Assembly: GCF_037042905.1 (NCBI RefSeq)
Contig: NC_087250.1
Location: 23,376,001-23,440,000, forward strand
DNA from: Lytechinus pictus
Lineage: Eukaryota
Reading direction: 5' to 3'
Length of the DNA stretch: 64,000 bases
Shown: piece after piece, positions 25,922 through 40,250 of the stretch
Layout: each line of letters begins with the position of its first letter
Position numbering within the stretch: the first letter of the stretch is position 1
Position numbers and translations under genes: made by a program
Notes under the pieces: generated by a model
What the model was told of the DNA's origin: nothing
The model's input: the letters and a program-made list of their open reading frames with translations, nothing else
Database searches by the model: none

Positions 25922-27730
25922 TCACTACTTATTTTACTATGATAATAAGTAACAATAGTAATAAGTAACAATAATAATTAATAACAATAACGAGTAATAA
26001 TACGCTAAGTACTACTAATAAGTAGTACAATTTATTAAAGAAGCAATAACTTCAAACGCATGGATCGAATTTGATTTCATATTATGTACAATCGATTTCA
26101 CACAATCAGGATATGACATTTACATGTGTCTTTCAATAAAATGATACACCATTCAACATCACAGAGCCACAATGACGTTTCATGTACCAGCGCCCTAATT
26201 CTTCATCTCCCATTGCAAAGAGGATCTTATATTACATGATTCACGGGGCAATGGTACAATTAAAACACAGAGGTGTAGAGAGACATGTATCAATAGATGA
26301 TATAGATTTCACCATGCAGCTGGTGCCCGCTTTTAAACAGATTAACGATAGATATCACATCGCCGATGGCTATCATCGTCTACATTTAGGAATGATTGCA
26401 GAATACATTTCGAGATGGTGTTGCCTATAGTGTCTATTTGCCTATAACAGTGACGATATATATACAATGTATGTAGATTAGCCTATACACCTGTATCAGA
26501 AATTAAATGTCTTTTCTATTTCAATTTCGGTAAATTCAAGTAAGTCACAGTACCGTAATCATTTTGTATGTTGCATAAATAATCAACCCATGTTTTACAT
26601 GGCTTAGGGTGAGTAAAATAATGCATGAAATCTCACAAATACTGCACAAAGAGAAAAGATGAGTATATGACATCATCAGCTCACTCATTTGCATATCGTT
26701 AATTGGTTTATCAGCATTTTTATCAGAAATATTAGAATTTTGAAGATGGGTCAAAAAAGCTTTATTTTAGAAATATGGAAATGTGGGTGGGTACTGATGT
26801 CCTCAAATTTCACAGCCCACCAACAATTTGGATATGCAATGGTGTAATGAGGAACAGGTTGCAATTTCGGTCTCAGGGACCTTCGGCCTCCCAGGCCATC
26901 GGTCTCTCAGGTGGGCATCAAATACAAAGACCTTAGCTACTACATCCGCTGTCACTAACATAAACATCTTGCCACATTATTCACATTCCTGCGGTTATGA
27001 TGAAAGACCATAGAAAGAAAGATAAATATTGATCTGTTTAATCAAATGTTATGCAAACGAAAAGATCTGTGGGCGCAACAAGAGGGCAACGGCTGGTCTA
27101 GAACAATGAAGATGAAGAGATCGGCCTTGGACAAAGAATGAATAAGAAACTCCTTTCTTTCCCTTTCTTTTTTATTTACTGGTGTTTCTTTATCATAAGC
27201 TTTCAGTGGCCCTTATCAGCCTCTTCCCACAACCCACCTTTGCAATCCTTTTGTCTTTTGGTCCCACATAATAAATAGGAAATCTATTTCTTTCTAGATC
27301 TTTTTATCATTGGTATTTCATTGTCATCAACCATCAATCATCTACATGTACTTCTTATTTTGCAATTCCTTTATCATTGTATGATTTTCAAACCTGCGTT
27401 AGTGGCCACATGTCTATACTTGGTTGCCACCAAATTGTCTCCCGTTTGAAAGTAATGTGTCAATATATTACAGAACCTGCTCAGTGTTCACCTGCTCAGT
27501 GTTCACATTTTCTGTTTCTATACATTGAATATGGTCAGTATACCATACATGCTGCCATGCCAGGCAATCACTGTTTGAAAATGTACATTCAGTTAAGCAA
27601 CGTTTTGTTGTAGATGTGTTATTTTGAATGACATAAATAACCTTCAATCTGGCATTTGATATAAGTACACATTTCATAAAATGCTACGTCAGGCAAGCTT
27701 GTTGCATCACTATGCATTGAGATTTTACTT

Positions 27731-27893
27731 TTACTAGTTAACAGGGTCAGCTGGGTGAAACTGTTATTCTAGTCGTATTTTACTAGAACAGAGTTATTTC
27801 TAACTAGAATATATGTCAGAAATGTGAATAGTATATCAGTTGCACCCAGCTGACTACTGGTCTAGTCAGTTTGACTGATTTGTTTTAAGAGTG
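27731..27893. mobile_element. Truncated CACTCTTAA-type MITE
   Basis: Aligns to the right part of 31672-31883; ends TTTTAAGAGTG. Confidence 0.75.
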
Positions 27894-28502
27894 CATAAAG
27901 TGTAGCCTAAGTATTAGTGCTATGTCAGGTATGTCCATAAAGGTGGCCCATTTGCAAAAGAATGTTACAAGGTGTTGTGTTAGTAAATCGGTCTACTTGC
28001 ACCGAGTGAATGTGGGATCCGATCTCTCAGATCACCGGTCAAGCGTTCAAGCAAGTCCGAAGGGCGTCAGATATCCAGCAGCTAGCCTCTGCCAAATTAA
28101 TCTTCAACAAAAGATGTCCCAGGAAGATGACTGGATTAAGAGGGGGGCAATCTTGCACCCCTTAATATTAAAGTCAAATGGCTGAAGAGATTGGTTATAG
28201 ACCCTTATTACTTCTTGTAGGATGAGTGGGTGGTCATTTGTGGTCAATCAGAGAAATTAACTACTGGACAATGCTGAGCATTAGAAAGGGAAATTTACCA
28301 TAAGAAGAAGGGGAAAGATATTTCACTAATTATTTCCTTTGCAGAACTGTGTGGCCCCTTATATTTGCTAAATAATTTCATTACCCGGTATCTTTTTTTA
28401 ATCATTTATCTGAGTTATTTGTCAATTCATTTTCACAAAATCTAAAATAGCAAATATAATACTACAGCTTTAATGGTCATCGGGAAGGCTTTAAAAACAA
28501 AA

Positions 28503-28596
28503 TCACTTACCTAGTTGAAGATACCATATCAAGCAGAAGAAGGCAAAGCAAATGTGTTCATGGAATAAAAGAAGAGAGAGAAAACAATCATTAATA
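28503..28596 (-). other. Candidate recursive splice site (zero-length exon) RS-2, junction 28511/28510
   Basis: Minus strand reads TATTAAT-GATTGTTTTCTCTCTCTTCTTTTATTCCAT-GAACACATTTGCTTTGCCTTCTTCTGCTTGATATGGTATCTTCAACTAG|GTAAGTGA. Branch-like A at about 28591; no other AG in 28513-28616. Confidence 0.72.
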
Positions 28597-29789
28597 TCAA
28601 TGAATGAAGAAAACAACTCTTTAAAGGAATTGAAATTTTACATATATTCAACATGCACTATACATATATTTACAATCGTGACATAACAATATACATTTGG
28701 TATATTCCAAATTTTGAAAAATACAAAAATAATGCTAAAATGACGAATATGCATGTAGTGATTTTTGAATTATTCAAATAAAATTTCTAAAACAGAAATT
28801 CATACAAATACAAAAAGTAAATCTAAGATATTTGCAAAAAAATGATAAACAATAAAATAATCAGGTATATTCCAAAATTTTGAATAGAATACAAAATACT
28901 AAAGTAATATACACAATTTTTGTGAATAATCATATAAGAAAACTATAATTCTTTAAAATGAGCAAAAATAAAGTTTATCATTAAAGATTAGTATTGGACC
29001 AAATGGAACTGGACCAACTGGGAGTATGGACTAACTAGTATTGTAGCAAATGGATGTAACCCCAAGCAGATGGCACATGAACTACAATATCACATCCTCG
29101 AATGTAATTCTGAGTTTCACATTCCTATAAACACACGCTCCCCTCTCTCTCAATATTAATAGCACACAAGAAAACTGGGATAAAGATGTTATCCTTCGAT
29201 GACCTTTCCGGGGAATCTATCAAACGATTTTCCGCCCGGCAAACGCCATTTTTTTCCACCCTTCAGTCTCCCTCCTCCCACTCTTAAGCGCATCAAAGTG
29301 ATCTGATATATCAATTTATTTCATTCCCAATCCGCTCCATCTCGAGACCACAGAAGGACAAGCGAAAAGGGGGTGAGCGGAAAGCAGAGATGTTCTATCG
29401 AAACCTTGGACGTGAATAAAGAAATGTCATGATAGTTTTAGTCGTCTTGCGATTGCTGGAGCGTGTGGCAGCTCGATTGTTGTTCTAATTAGTTAAGCAG
29501 TTTAGGCATGTGTTGGTTTTGATGAGAAATTGATGGAGTTTGATTCAGGAAGTTATTTTGGACTTGACAGTTTCATTGGTGGACTATGAAAGGCAAAAAA
29601 AAAATTTTATTGGTAGGCCTACTTGTTCTTTGACCCATTTCATTTCATGTTGCCCGAAGGTTTGAACTTAAGATGACTTTGTGAAATAATTTGAATAAAC
29701 TAATAAAAAATATGGAAAAATATCTTTCCCCTCCTTAATTTCAGATGAACTCACACTATGGTTTCTCCTATCTTCCCCAATTATTCCTT

Positions 29790-30050
29790 TCTTCTAAATT
29801 CCCTACTCTAAGTATCTTACTATCTCTCTCTCCTTCTAATTTTCTGTTTCATCCTCCCCCTCCTCTCCTTCTCCTCCTTCCCCTATCTCTTTCTTTTATC
29901 CCTCCTCTCCTCCTTCAACTCTTGCATCTCTCCTCTTCTTTCCCCTCTTTCTTCTTTAGTTCCCTCCATCTTCACCTCTTGCATCTCTCCTCCTCTTTCC
30001 CCCTCTTTCATCTTTCGTTCCCTTCATCTTTTACCCTTTCTATGTCCCCT
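29790..30050. repeat. CT-rich low-complexity tract
   Basis: Almost pure pyrimidine on the + strand. Confidence 0.85.
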
Positions 30051-30057
30051 CTTATTA

Positions 30058-30293
30058 CACTCTAAATTCCAAGGATTTAAAATAAATCCAGATCGGCTGT
30101 GAATAGTGACCAGCTGAATATGAGATATAGTTTTTTTTTTACCTTGTAGATTTAAATATAAATCTAAAAGATTTGAATTTAAATCTTTTGAGATTTGAAA
30201 GTTAATCCTAAAGATTAAAAATAAATCCAACATTCTGCTGGTCACTATCCACAACCGATTTGGATTTATTTTAAATCCTTGGAATTAAGAGTG
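30058..30293. mobile_element. TA-target MITE with long (~65-bp) TIRs
   Basis: TA|CACTCTAAATTCCAAGGATTTAAAATAAATCC ... GGATTTATTTTAAATCCTTGGAATTAAGAGTG|TA. Confidence 0.92.
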
Positions 30294-31671
30294 TACCCCC
30301 ACTCCTACAACCCCTCCCCTCAATTTCATTTCCTCTGACAATTAGAAAATACCAGTTCATTATATGAACTTCATTTGATACAAGGATGTAGAACAAAATA
30401 GAAACTAACGCTACAGCAGTGATCATGCCCTACATTGAATGTAATCTATAAAATCAAGCCATCTTGGCTCGAAGTCAGACAATAAACATTCATACATGAA
30501 GTGCGGAATACAACCCATCTCATGAAAGTGCAAATCTATAGGTCGACCGTCTTCATTTACAACTACGGCTATTGACTTTGAAATTTGAAATTCTCAAAAC
30601 CCTTCTAGATTTTTTGTTTCAAGGAAACGGCGGAGGAATATCGTCGAGGAAGGGGGAAAAGAGGGTGGGCTGAAAAGAAAATGAAGAAGGGGAAAGAGGA
30701 GAGTAAAGGAAGGACAAATAGATGAATCTAGGATGAAATAAAAATGAATAGAATCTCAGTATTTGATTAACAGCATAAACAAGGAAAGTATATGTATTCA
30801 TGAATAACCAAGAATCACACTTGCCGTTTGATCAGATAAACAGGAAATGAAATGAAAACTGGATATAATTTCAGTATCTGGTAAACAGACATCAAGATAA
30901 GAAAAAACAAAATACATAGGCCTATTTATAAACGCCTTAATATACAACAAACTTTCCCCACTCTCATCATATAATTTCAGTATCTGACAAAAGACAGCAT
31001 AAATAACACAAATAAAATACAGATTCACATATAGAACATGGCTAGATGAGATATATAGCAAACTTTCCCTGCTTCATCAGAACTAAATTTTGCATATTTA
31101 TCTATGATGTGGAATCAAGTTTAAAGTGACAGAAAATGCAATAAAATGTAAAAGAAAACAAGGCAGAGGAAAATAAGAAGGACCCCCCCCCCCTCCCCTA
31201 AAAAACGGACTTACTGCACATAACATACAATGGAAGTCAAAGAACAGAAATGCAAACATACCGAAGGGACACAGGAGTAGAGGAGTGATTCTGAGTAAAA
31301 GTAGGAAGTTTGAGTGAAGAAAACAGAGGGGTTGGATTCACTCCTATTTGATTTGCTCTTGAAAATCAGAGTATTTGTACCGACTTCATGATACACTACA
31401 CTGATGGGAGTCAGACCCAGGCTTCACAAAACATTAAGGAACATTCTCTCAGTTCAATCAGATGATTTAAAAAAAATAGAGCACTACCTTCTTATCTCTT
31501 TCTTTTGATTAAAATATGAATTGGAAAAAAAATTAAATTTTGAATAAATTACTTTAACTGCTTGATGAATGATTCCAAATAATTTTTATTAAAACTAAAA
31601 TACTGCTCTTCTCAGTTTACTAGTTCAAAAACGAAATTTAGTTTAATGACTAGATCTACTGGGTTAGACTG

Positions 31672-31883
31672 CACTCTTTAAACAAATCAATCAAACTGAC
31701 TAGTTAATGGGGTCAGTAGGGTGAAACTGTTATTTTTAGTCATATTTGACTATTTTATAGTAGCATTTTACTAGAACAGAGTTATCTCGGACTTAAAATA
31801 TGCATCATAAATGTGACTAGACATATCAGTTGCAGCCTGCTGACTACTTACCTAGTCAGTTTGACTGATATGTCTTAAGAGTG
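31672..31883. mobile_element. CACTCTTAA-type MITE, full length
   Basis: TIRs CACTCTTTAAACAAATCAATCAAACTGACTAG / CTAGTCAGTTTGACTGATATGTCTTAAGAGTG. Confidence 0.88.
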
Positions 31884-33269
31884 TGTGTGATACATCATGT
31901 GCCTGTTGCAAAAAGACTTGTAATACATGTGGGTCCATAGGATTTCCTGAGTTGTAATTGAATGCAACTATATCTGAAACAGCCCCAACCATATCAATAT
32001 ATTCTCGTAAAAAATTACTGCATTTTAGTCAAATATGACTAGAAAGTAGTCAAAAATGACTAGAAAATAGTCAAAAATTACTAAACAGAAGTTGGAAGTA
32101 GAGAGCCACAATGAAAGTGGCATTGAAACCAGATAATGAGCAGCAAGGGGGGTGCTTTCATTTTCCTGAGTTTTCTGTGAAACCAGGACCTACATGCCTC
32201 CCTCGGCAGCACTTGTGTTGTGAGGTAGGGTTTCCACATGCCCTTGCGTACTGGGGTCAAGTTAGCCTTGCGACCTTGGAATATTCAGCCAAGCTGTGAC
32301 AACAGAGCCTAGAATTATAGTAGAGCACAGCTCAGGTGATGAAATAACATGGACAGGATCATGTAAAAAAGAAAACAAAAATGTCCCCGTGAAATTATTC
32401 AGATATTTCATGGTAGTGTTCGGATCCATGTTGTATAGGTCAATGATAATGCACAGTTTTTGATTAAATCTTTTAGCTTTTATTTCACAGTATTAAATTG
32501 TTCAACATTAGCACAAGTATATTTCTGTATGCATTACATGACCTATTGTACTCAATGATTCAAAATGATGGTTAGTGCCTTTAACACAATAAGAAACAAC
32601 AGTGCATTACATATATTTCATGTAACAGAACTTTAACTTGTTTTTTTTTTAATATTTCACTTAGGTCTACATCTGCAGAAAAATATAGGGAAGTATGATA
32701 AATAATAGATAGGCCTTTGAAAAAAAATTGTCTTTCTTCTTCTTCTCTTTTAATATCCACAAAATGCACCTACCAATGACGAATTGCATCGCCATCATTT
32801 GAATTTGAAGTTATATCAAAGGACTGAAATTAGGTTAATTGAATTGGGACAAGGTTTTAGGGTATTCAACAGACTATTTTGGATGAAAAGTCATTGTTTC
32901 AACCAATTCAGCTGAGTACTCACAGTTTAGATGTCTCGATTCGAGGAAATCAATATGTGTTTTCAGACTATGTGAAATCTACCATCACATTGCGCTAATG
33001 AATTTAAAGAAATGAGATTTGATGTTGTTTTGAGAAGGGTATTCATCAAGGATAATATATCAGAGAAATATGAGTGGTTAGAGGAGGTTGGGATTGGTGC
33101 ACGAGTGCTTTGTTTGGGTGGGGGATATTTGAGAATAAAGAGATTTGTTTTAGTGGAGTATGAAGGACGGTGGAATAAAGTTACTGGAGAATAGACCTCT
33201 GAAGAAGTTGATGAATCCAGCATGGAGATTTGGTTCTAAGAAGGATTTGGTTTGCTAGTGACAGACACC

Positions 33270-33526
33270 ATGAAATGAAAATCCATATTTTATTGTTTGA
33301 AATAGAAATCTGAAATAGAAAATTTGTTTTGCCCAATTGATTGTAGGCCCAGCAGCCACTGTGCAGCGCCTGATCGACGAGGCTCTATACCTTTGATTGT
33401 TGAACGCCAAACAGGGTAGCAGCAACTCCCATCTTAATAATGTCTTCTGGTCTGACGTGGCCGGGGTTTGAACCCCCTACCTCCCGGTTGTGAGATGGAT
33501 GCTCAACCAACTGAGCCAACACACCG
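33270..33526 (-). mobile_element. tRNA-derived SINE, family 1
   Basis: Reverse-complement homolog of 8731-8998. Confidence 0.85.
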
Positions 33527-33548
33527 AATATCCGAGTAATAATTTGTT

Positions 33549-33860
33549 GGCTTATTGTCACTGTAATTTCAAATCAGTAGGAATACATTACTGGTTTTAA
33601 TATTCTAATCCAATTACTGCAACATCAGTAGTTAAAAAAGTTACAGAGGAGATTTAGCTAATGAAAGATATCATGAAAATGAGATATATTTATGGGTTTA
33701 ATCGTCACTGTAACTTCAAATGGGTCGGAAAACTTTACTGGTTTTATATTCTAATCCAAATTATCCAATTGCTGTAAAATCAGTGACTAAAAAATTTACA
33801 AAGAAGATTTGGAAAATGACAGATACCATGAAACTGTAATATGGATGGGTTTATTGTCAG
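33549..33860. repeat. ~150-bp tandem repeat, ~2.1 copies
   Basis: Units start GGYTTATTGTCAC-like at 33549, 33695 and 33848. Confidence 0.8.
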
Positions 33861-35297
33861 TCTTGGGGCGATATCAAACGACCCTACAATACAGTGCTTC
33901 CAGTGACCCTACCCGAGGGGACTAAAGTCTGGGGACAAGTCCGAGCCTATTGTTCGGGTTCCTTGGCGGAGCGATCGTTTATTGATTAGTTTTTGTTGTC
34001 TAAATTTAAAATATCCTCATAGGTTGGCGCTTCGTTCAACCCAAAGACGAGTCGTAAATGTCCCAAGAAAAGATGATGATGTCATTTACTTGCATGAATT
34101 TCTTGTATAAGCATCAATATTTCAAGAACCATTTGCATTGTAACTTTCAAAAGTTATATTTATGTCATTATTTCAAACCACTGTAGGTATAGACACTACA
34201 AGTTTTTTTCTATTTCAAATGCATATTTCATGACAGCAATAGCCAATTAGTGAATAAAACATACATTCCTTTCCTCTCTCGTTTCCCGTAACAAACCCAA
34301 CATTCAGCATTAACCCATAATTCCTATACACTGTAAATATGTTTATTAATATGAATGGTCGTAATTCTATTGATTTGTCAATTTTTTGTTGATTATGTTG
34401 TTATATTTTCAGTATTTTCAATATTGTAAGAACATAATCGACAAAATATTTGGGTAATCATTTTTTTCCTTCTGAAACAACTATACATGGAATCTTTGGG
34501 GTTCTCATACTTTGAGGGGGGTAAATTTGCACCCCTCCATCCACCTGGCACCATTGGTATACCCCGTATCCGATTACTGCTCATCCCTTTCACCCCTTAT
34601 TGATCCCCTATCCCCCAAATATTTTAATCCCCTTTAATCTATAAAGCGCCATTATAATGCAACTGTCACCTCTATTTTTCGCCTGCTTTTGTCCTTAGCG
34701 ACTTTATGGCGTTGAGTTTAAGCCCCCGATCTGAGGAATAAAAAGGCAGATCCTGGCACCTAGACCCAACCTGGCAAGACTGAGTTTACAGGGGGGGGGG
34801 TTATGGTGAGAGATCTTGCATTATAGCTTCAGAAGTTTTTATAGAGACAGATAACAATGCATAATGGATGGCAACGGGAGTGTTTTGGAGTGGGGATGCC
34901 GATAAAGAGTTGGTCATCCAACATCCTTTGTTATGAATGGGACTAAGCCACCCATAATAGGCCTAAATAGGATGCTAAGCATTCATACTTTTAAAAATAT
35001 CTCTTTTCATACGAAGTAAGATTATGATGTAATAAGAGGTATCACGAGATACAAAGATGCCTATGAATCAGCCTGAGATTCTTACACTCTGGCGACAGGA
35101 AGTGATATCAAATTGGCAACACCTTCAGACAGGGATGGCCCTATGATCTGAATCAAATAGAAAGTTAACGACAAGGAAAGATTTGAATGGACTAAAATAT
35201 ACCAAAAACAACTTTGTCTGTAATGTTTGCTTGTGTATCCTAATCCTTGAGCCCTTCTAAATTTATGCTATAAACTGTTTTAAAAAAAAGGATTTTT

Positions 35298-35545
35298 GTG
35301 GAGGTGTTGTGGTGCGTTGGTTCTGTCATTTGACTTTTAATCTAAGGGTTGAGGGTTCAAATCCCACCTAGTGCTAAAGTAATTTAGCAGGGCACTTACT
35401 AATGTTTGCCACTCTCCACCCAGGTGATGAATGGGTACCCGGTAGAATGTGAACATCAATGTGAATAGATAGTGCTGGTAAACACATGGCCAGGTTGCTC
35501 CCCAAGGAGTGGAGATGGTACACTTTATGTGTACAATTTATCGGT
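35298..35545 (+). mobile_element. tRNA-derived SINE, family 2
   Basis: A/B boxes (GGTTCAAATCC); conserved core CCACTCTCCACCCAGGTG..AATGGGTACC. Confidence 0.8.
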
Positions 35546-38241
35546 ACCATGTGCACCAGTCTCAATTAGGACTAATACGTTCAGTTTCTATATATTACAA
35601 CAGAAAGACATAAGGTAATACATTTCTGAACAAAAGAAAAAATCGATAAAAGCTACTGCTTTCGGGTCCCCTAAATGTCTGTTGTATAATATTCAACTAA
35701 ACCTTACATTGATAGAATAACATTATAACAAAGATAAAATTCAAATTAGTTTAATGATTGCATCCTGATTGGTCTCCTGCCATTTACAAGCTTTTCTAAA
35801 AAAAGCTTTCTGCAGGTGTTCCATTTTCCATTCATTTCTCTTACTTACAATATTAATTTGCTATGCTTATGTATTTGATATATTTTTTGTATTTACATGT
35901 GTATTTCAACTGTACATATTTTGATGTTTTTAATGGAAAAGAATAAATGAATTGAATTGAATTGCACCCATTCACTCAACATACTTAACAGGAATATTCC
36001 CCAAGTCGTTGACTCCATGAAATTGAAAAGGCAGCTAAATTGTCGCAAAATGGGATTTCACATCTCACAAAAGAAACATTTATCTGTAAGTATGTGGCCA
36101 ATACTACACAAAGTTGTTTATCGATTGACCAATCTAATACGACATGCAGTCATTCCATTGTAAGGTTTCACGAAGACTTGCAAGATCTATTTGGATATTT
36201 AGAGATCGCCTTGGATATACCAAAAGGGGGTCCCCAGGGATTGCCATCTGAGTCAGATGAAACCATATAAGTGCGCAAACGATACCCAATCTTCGTAAAG
36301 CAATAACATCACCAAAACATCTTCTAATGCAAGAAAAATGCAGGATAAACACAAGAAATAATGGGTAATTCTTTTAAAAATGTAAGATATACAGGACAAA
36401 GAGTAGTAATACACCTCCATTCAGATTAACTTATATGGGTGGAATGACTGGATGTATGTCTTTGACGGTTTAGTTCAACCGGAAATAAAATCATACTTTT
36501 CTATTATTTTGTTTGAAACACTACTATTTCATCCACAGTAATCATATTTAGGCCTATCTACCATATCAGGCTACAGGCATAGCTATTAAGATGGAATTTT
36601 TTTTGTCTATTGCTTTAAAAAAATGCAGGAAATTTGTTGGGATACACCAAGGTTGGCCTGCTTGTTTATTTGATAGTACACAAAGTCAATCATTTCATGC
36701 TGACACAAACATGACAATTGCATATAAATAATAAAATTTCTAAATAAAAAGTGACATCATATATAATACACACACACTAATTCCGTCATTCCAAACCATA
36801 ACGTGCTCCTCATGCACGAAGCAGTAATTAGCAATTTCGCCTACCCCCTCTTCAAACTCGCTGCCCATGAATAAATCATACGGTGATCGGGAGCATAAAT
36901 AAAGCCTCCATATTGGATTTGGGATTCGGCTGCCATGAAATTAATCAGGAATTGTTCCCGCCACATTCATCAACTCTTCATTTTACGTGATCTTTTAGCT
37001 CATTTTATCTGTTGCTCTGATGTGTTATTACTCATAATTCTGTCCAAATTTAATCCCCTATTCTTCAATCTGTCTAACTCTCATTCATGTCTGCCATCTC
37101 CATCTCTCCCCTTCTCTCTCTCTTCTTCTTCTCCCTAACCTCCATCTCTTCCCCCTCCCTCTTACACTCCCCATCCCCTCTTTCCATTTAACCTCCATCT
37201 ACCAATCTATCACTAGCCACCAGCTCTTTTTTTTACTTTTTTTTTAATTTCCTTTTTCTCACAATCGACACTTTCTCAATTATCATTGCTTCAATTTACA
37301 TATAGGCCTAGACTTTCATCTTAAAAATTATTTATCTATCAATATTTATACCCCTTATGAGCCAAAGCATTAAGTTCACCTGTCATTTTCGATGTTTCTC
37401 CCCCCCCCCCCTTCCATTCCTTCCCCTCTCTCTATCCCTCTCTCCCTTCCGTCTTCCTTTCTCTTTCATAAAAACATGTTTATCTCCCGATTAAAACCCT
37501 GAAGACCTACGATGAACAATTTTTAGAACAAAGGCCATTAGGCCGGACAATGCCCATCTCTAACCATCTGCCACACTCAACCTTTCTCCATAATATCAAG
37601 TCCATGAGTGATCGAAGGGGCAGTCCCTAATAAAGACAAGAGTTAAAGAAGATGCCTGTCTTGTTGACAATATTAATATTATGATAAATATCTATACATC
37701 AAAAAAGTGCATACAGTCTTGTGCCAAGTTTTATCTCTTCAACTAAAGCCCTTTGAAGTGATGCTGATTTTGTATTTTGCAAAATGAACTTCATGTTTGT
37801 AACAAAGACATGACAAAAATGATAATAACCTTGCATGGACTTGTCTCAAATATATAGCATGATAATAAATAACCATTTGTTTGATTGTTGCCATGGGAAT
37901 GGGAAATGCCAACAATGGCTACAAAAAAGTTCACTTAATATTTTTTTAATGCTATAAACAGGCGAAAACATAAAACTATGAATGCCACAACATTTATATT
38001 TGTATGCTTTGAACTTTCTCTTCAGTAAAACTAAAAACTGTAGACTGTATCATTAAAAATAAAAATGAACATATAGGCTAAATGAACAAATATGATTGTA
38101 ATCTTTATCAAGTGCTGCAAGAGATACTTTCCCCTCTGTGCAGATCCCGAAAACAAAATGATGAGCGTAATGAAGTAGAAAGAGATATATATCAGCAGCT
38201 TCATAAGAATATTTCCAGCTGTTTGAAGACCTTGATTCCAC

Positions 38242-38377
38242 CTGGACCCTCTAACATAAAGCTTAGCAATCAATCGTAGGGCTAATTTCTACGATTGATT
38301 GCATTGGTTATTGTGTATGATCAATCGTAGAAATCAGTAAGAAGATCAATTGTTATGATCTATGACACAGGGCCCAG
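38242..38377. mobile_element. Short GGGCCC-terminal MITE (family with 63527-63661 and split copy 58427-59095)
   Basis: Internal inverted CAATCGTAG / CTACGATTG repeats; CWG at the flanks. Confidence 0.7.
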
Positions 38378-38634
38378 GATGGTATATTCAGTTGTCATGT
38401 GACTTCCTGAGATGGACCAGGTGTGTCGATTTCATGTCAACAATGTTTAGAATTTCAAGGTTAATTTCAAACACTTGAAATGAGCAAGCATTAGAATGTG
38501 GAAGCTATCAGCAGGAGGGAGGTTTTTATTTAGGTTATTACAGAATGATTGAGAAAATATTGGATTTCTGTTGACTGGACTGGGCATTGCTATTTGCATG
38601 TATGTTGGACAATTATGTAATAGAGAACTGGGAA

Positions 38635-38937
38635 TGAAGGTGGTAGTGGTGGTGGAAGTGTTGTTGGTGGTGATGATAATGATGATGTTGATGATGATGA
38701 TGATGATGAAGATGGTGGTGATAATGACGATGAAGATGGTGATGATGACAATGACAATGTTGATGGTGATGATGATGATGATGGTGATGATGATGTTGAA
38801 GATGATGATGATGAAGATGATGATGATGATGATGGTGATGACGAGGATGATGATGAAGATGATGATGACGATGATAGTGATGATGGTGATGATGATAATG
38901 GTGATGGTGATGATGGTGATGACGATGATGATGATGC
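38635..38937. repeat. (GAT)n microsatellite
   Basis: Degenerate GAT/GGT repeats. Confidence 0.96.
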
Positions 38938-39985
38938 TAATCTCATAACAATGCCAATACTACCAATAGCAAATATCTTAATCAAAAAGGAACGATTGAT
39001 TTGTGTAAAGTTCAAGGGTCCTCTCCCAATGTCAAAAATAATTTATGATGCTGAAATGAAATGCAAAAGAAAAATCGTTGGATTCCAAATACCTCTCAGC
39101 CATCCACCTACCAGTCCCGCCATAGCAGTAATTGGTTTGTGACAACATATTTACGATAACATTTTGCTGATATTCCCAGGTGATAGAAAGTATACTGAGA
39201 TGAGTCACAAAATAAAAATGAACTTGCTTTAAAAAAATAAAATGATTCCCAGAGAGAATCATCTCTCTTTTAAAAGTAAAAAAACATTTTGAAAACAAAT
39301 AGGCTAGAAATATTAAGTAAAAGTGACATTTTCTTCATAATTGTAAATTGTATATGTTTAAAAATTAAGGGGAGCCTAAATAGAATATCTGATTCATTAT
39401 TATCAATGAAGGTTCTTACATTATCGATGGAGATCCTTACTGCTTTTGAAAAATGAATATTCTTTAGATACTACCAAAATAAAACAAAAGCAATTACTAA
39501 TTTCAAGTTCTTTACTCAGAAAACCCCTCTTCAAAAAGAATTTTAAATTTCATACATAGCTAGAATTTTCAAATTTCAACACACTAATCATTGTGGTTTT
39601 AAAAGACAAACTTGGAAAGTGATTCATACACAAACCAAACAATCAAGGCATTACATGGTTAATACCATCTCTCAAAATGATTTTGATAAGTGAAATGTGG
39701 CCACCATCAAGCTGCCGAACGTTTGTCAACAAGCGATAGCCCTTGTTGTCGCCAGGATTTTTCGGTTTCTTCAAGCTCGGGCAAAGAAAATACCGGAATG
39801 GGCGTGAGGAATGTCGATGGATGTTTAGAAAGTAATCACAGAAATGACCGAACGGTGTCATCTTTAAGAATATCAACCGCACCCCCTTCCTCTACCAACA
39901 TCACTTGGGTTAGATGGAGGTGATGAGAGAATGGTGTGTTCTCACTGGTAGTAGCCATCTGGAAACGTTTCATGAAACCTGCAGT

Positions 39986-40250
39986 GTAGAGGTGTTGTGG
40001 ATCAGTGTTTGGATAAGTCTACGGACTTTGAACCACAAGATCCTCGGTTCGAATCCCACTGCAGCACTCACGTTCTTTGGCAAGGCATTTATCTACATTA
40101 GCCACTCTCCACCCAGGTGTAGTGAATGGGTAACTGGTAGGAAGGGATTCCTTGAATGCTCGATTAGGGTAGCTGTGCTAAAACCACGGTAATAAGTTTA
40201 GAAACACTTAGAAACATTTGTATTAAGCGTTATGTAAATGTTGCATATTA
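39986..40250 (+). mobile_element. tRNA-derived SINE, family 2
   Basis: B box GGTTCGAATCC; core CCACTCTCCACCCAGGTG; TATTATT tail. Confidence 0.8.

Noticed and set aside
25494..25971. Poly-L/Y/T ORFs (also 38571-39015 and 45623-46038)
   Set aside because: Translations of trinucleotide microsatellites.
31844..31875. Minus-strand TAG|GTAAGTAG
   Set aside because: It lies in a MITE TIR, has no pyrimidine tract, has an AG nearby upstream, and the sibling copy at 27858 lacks it.
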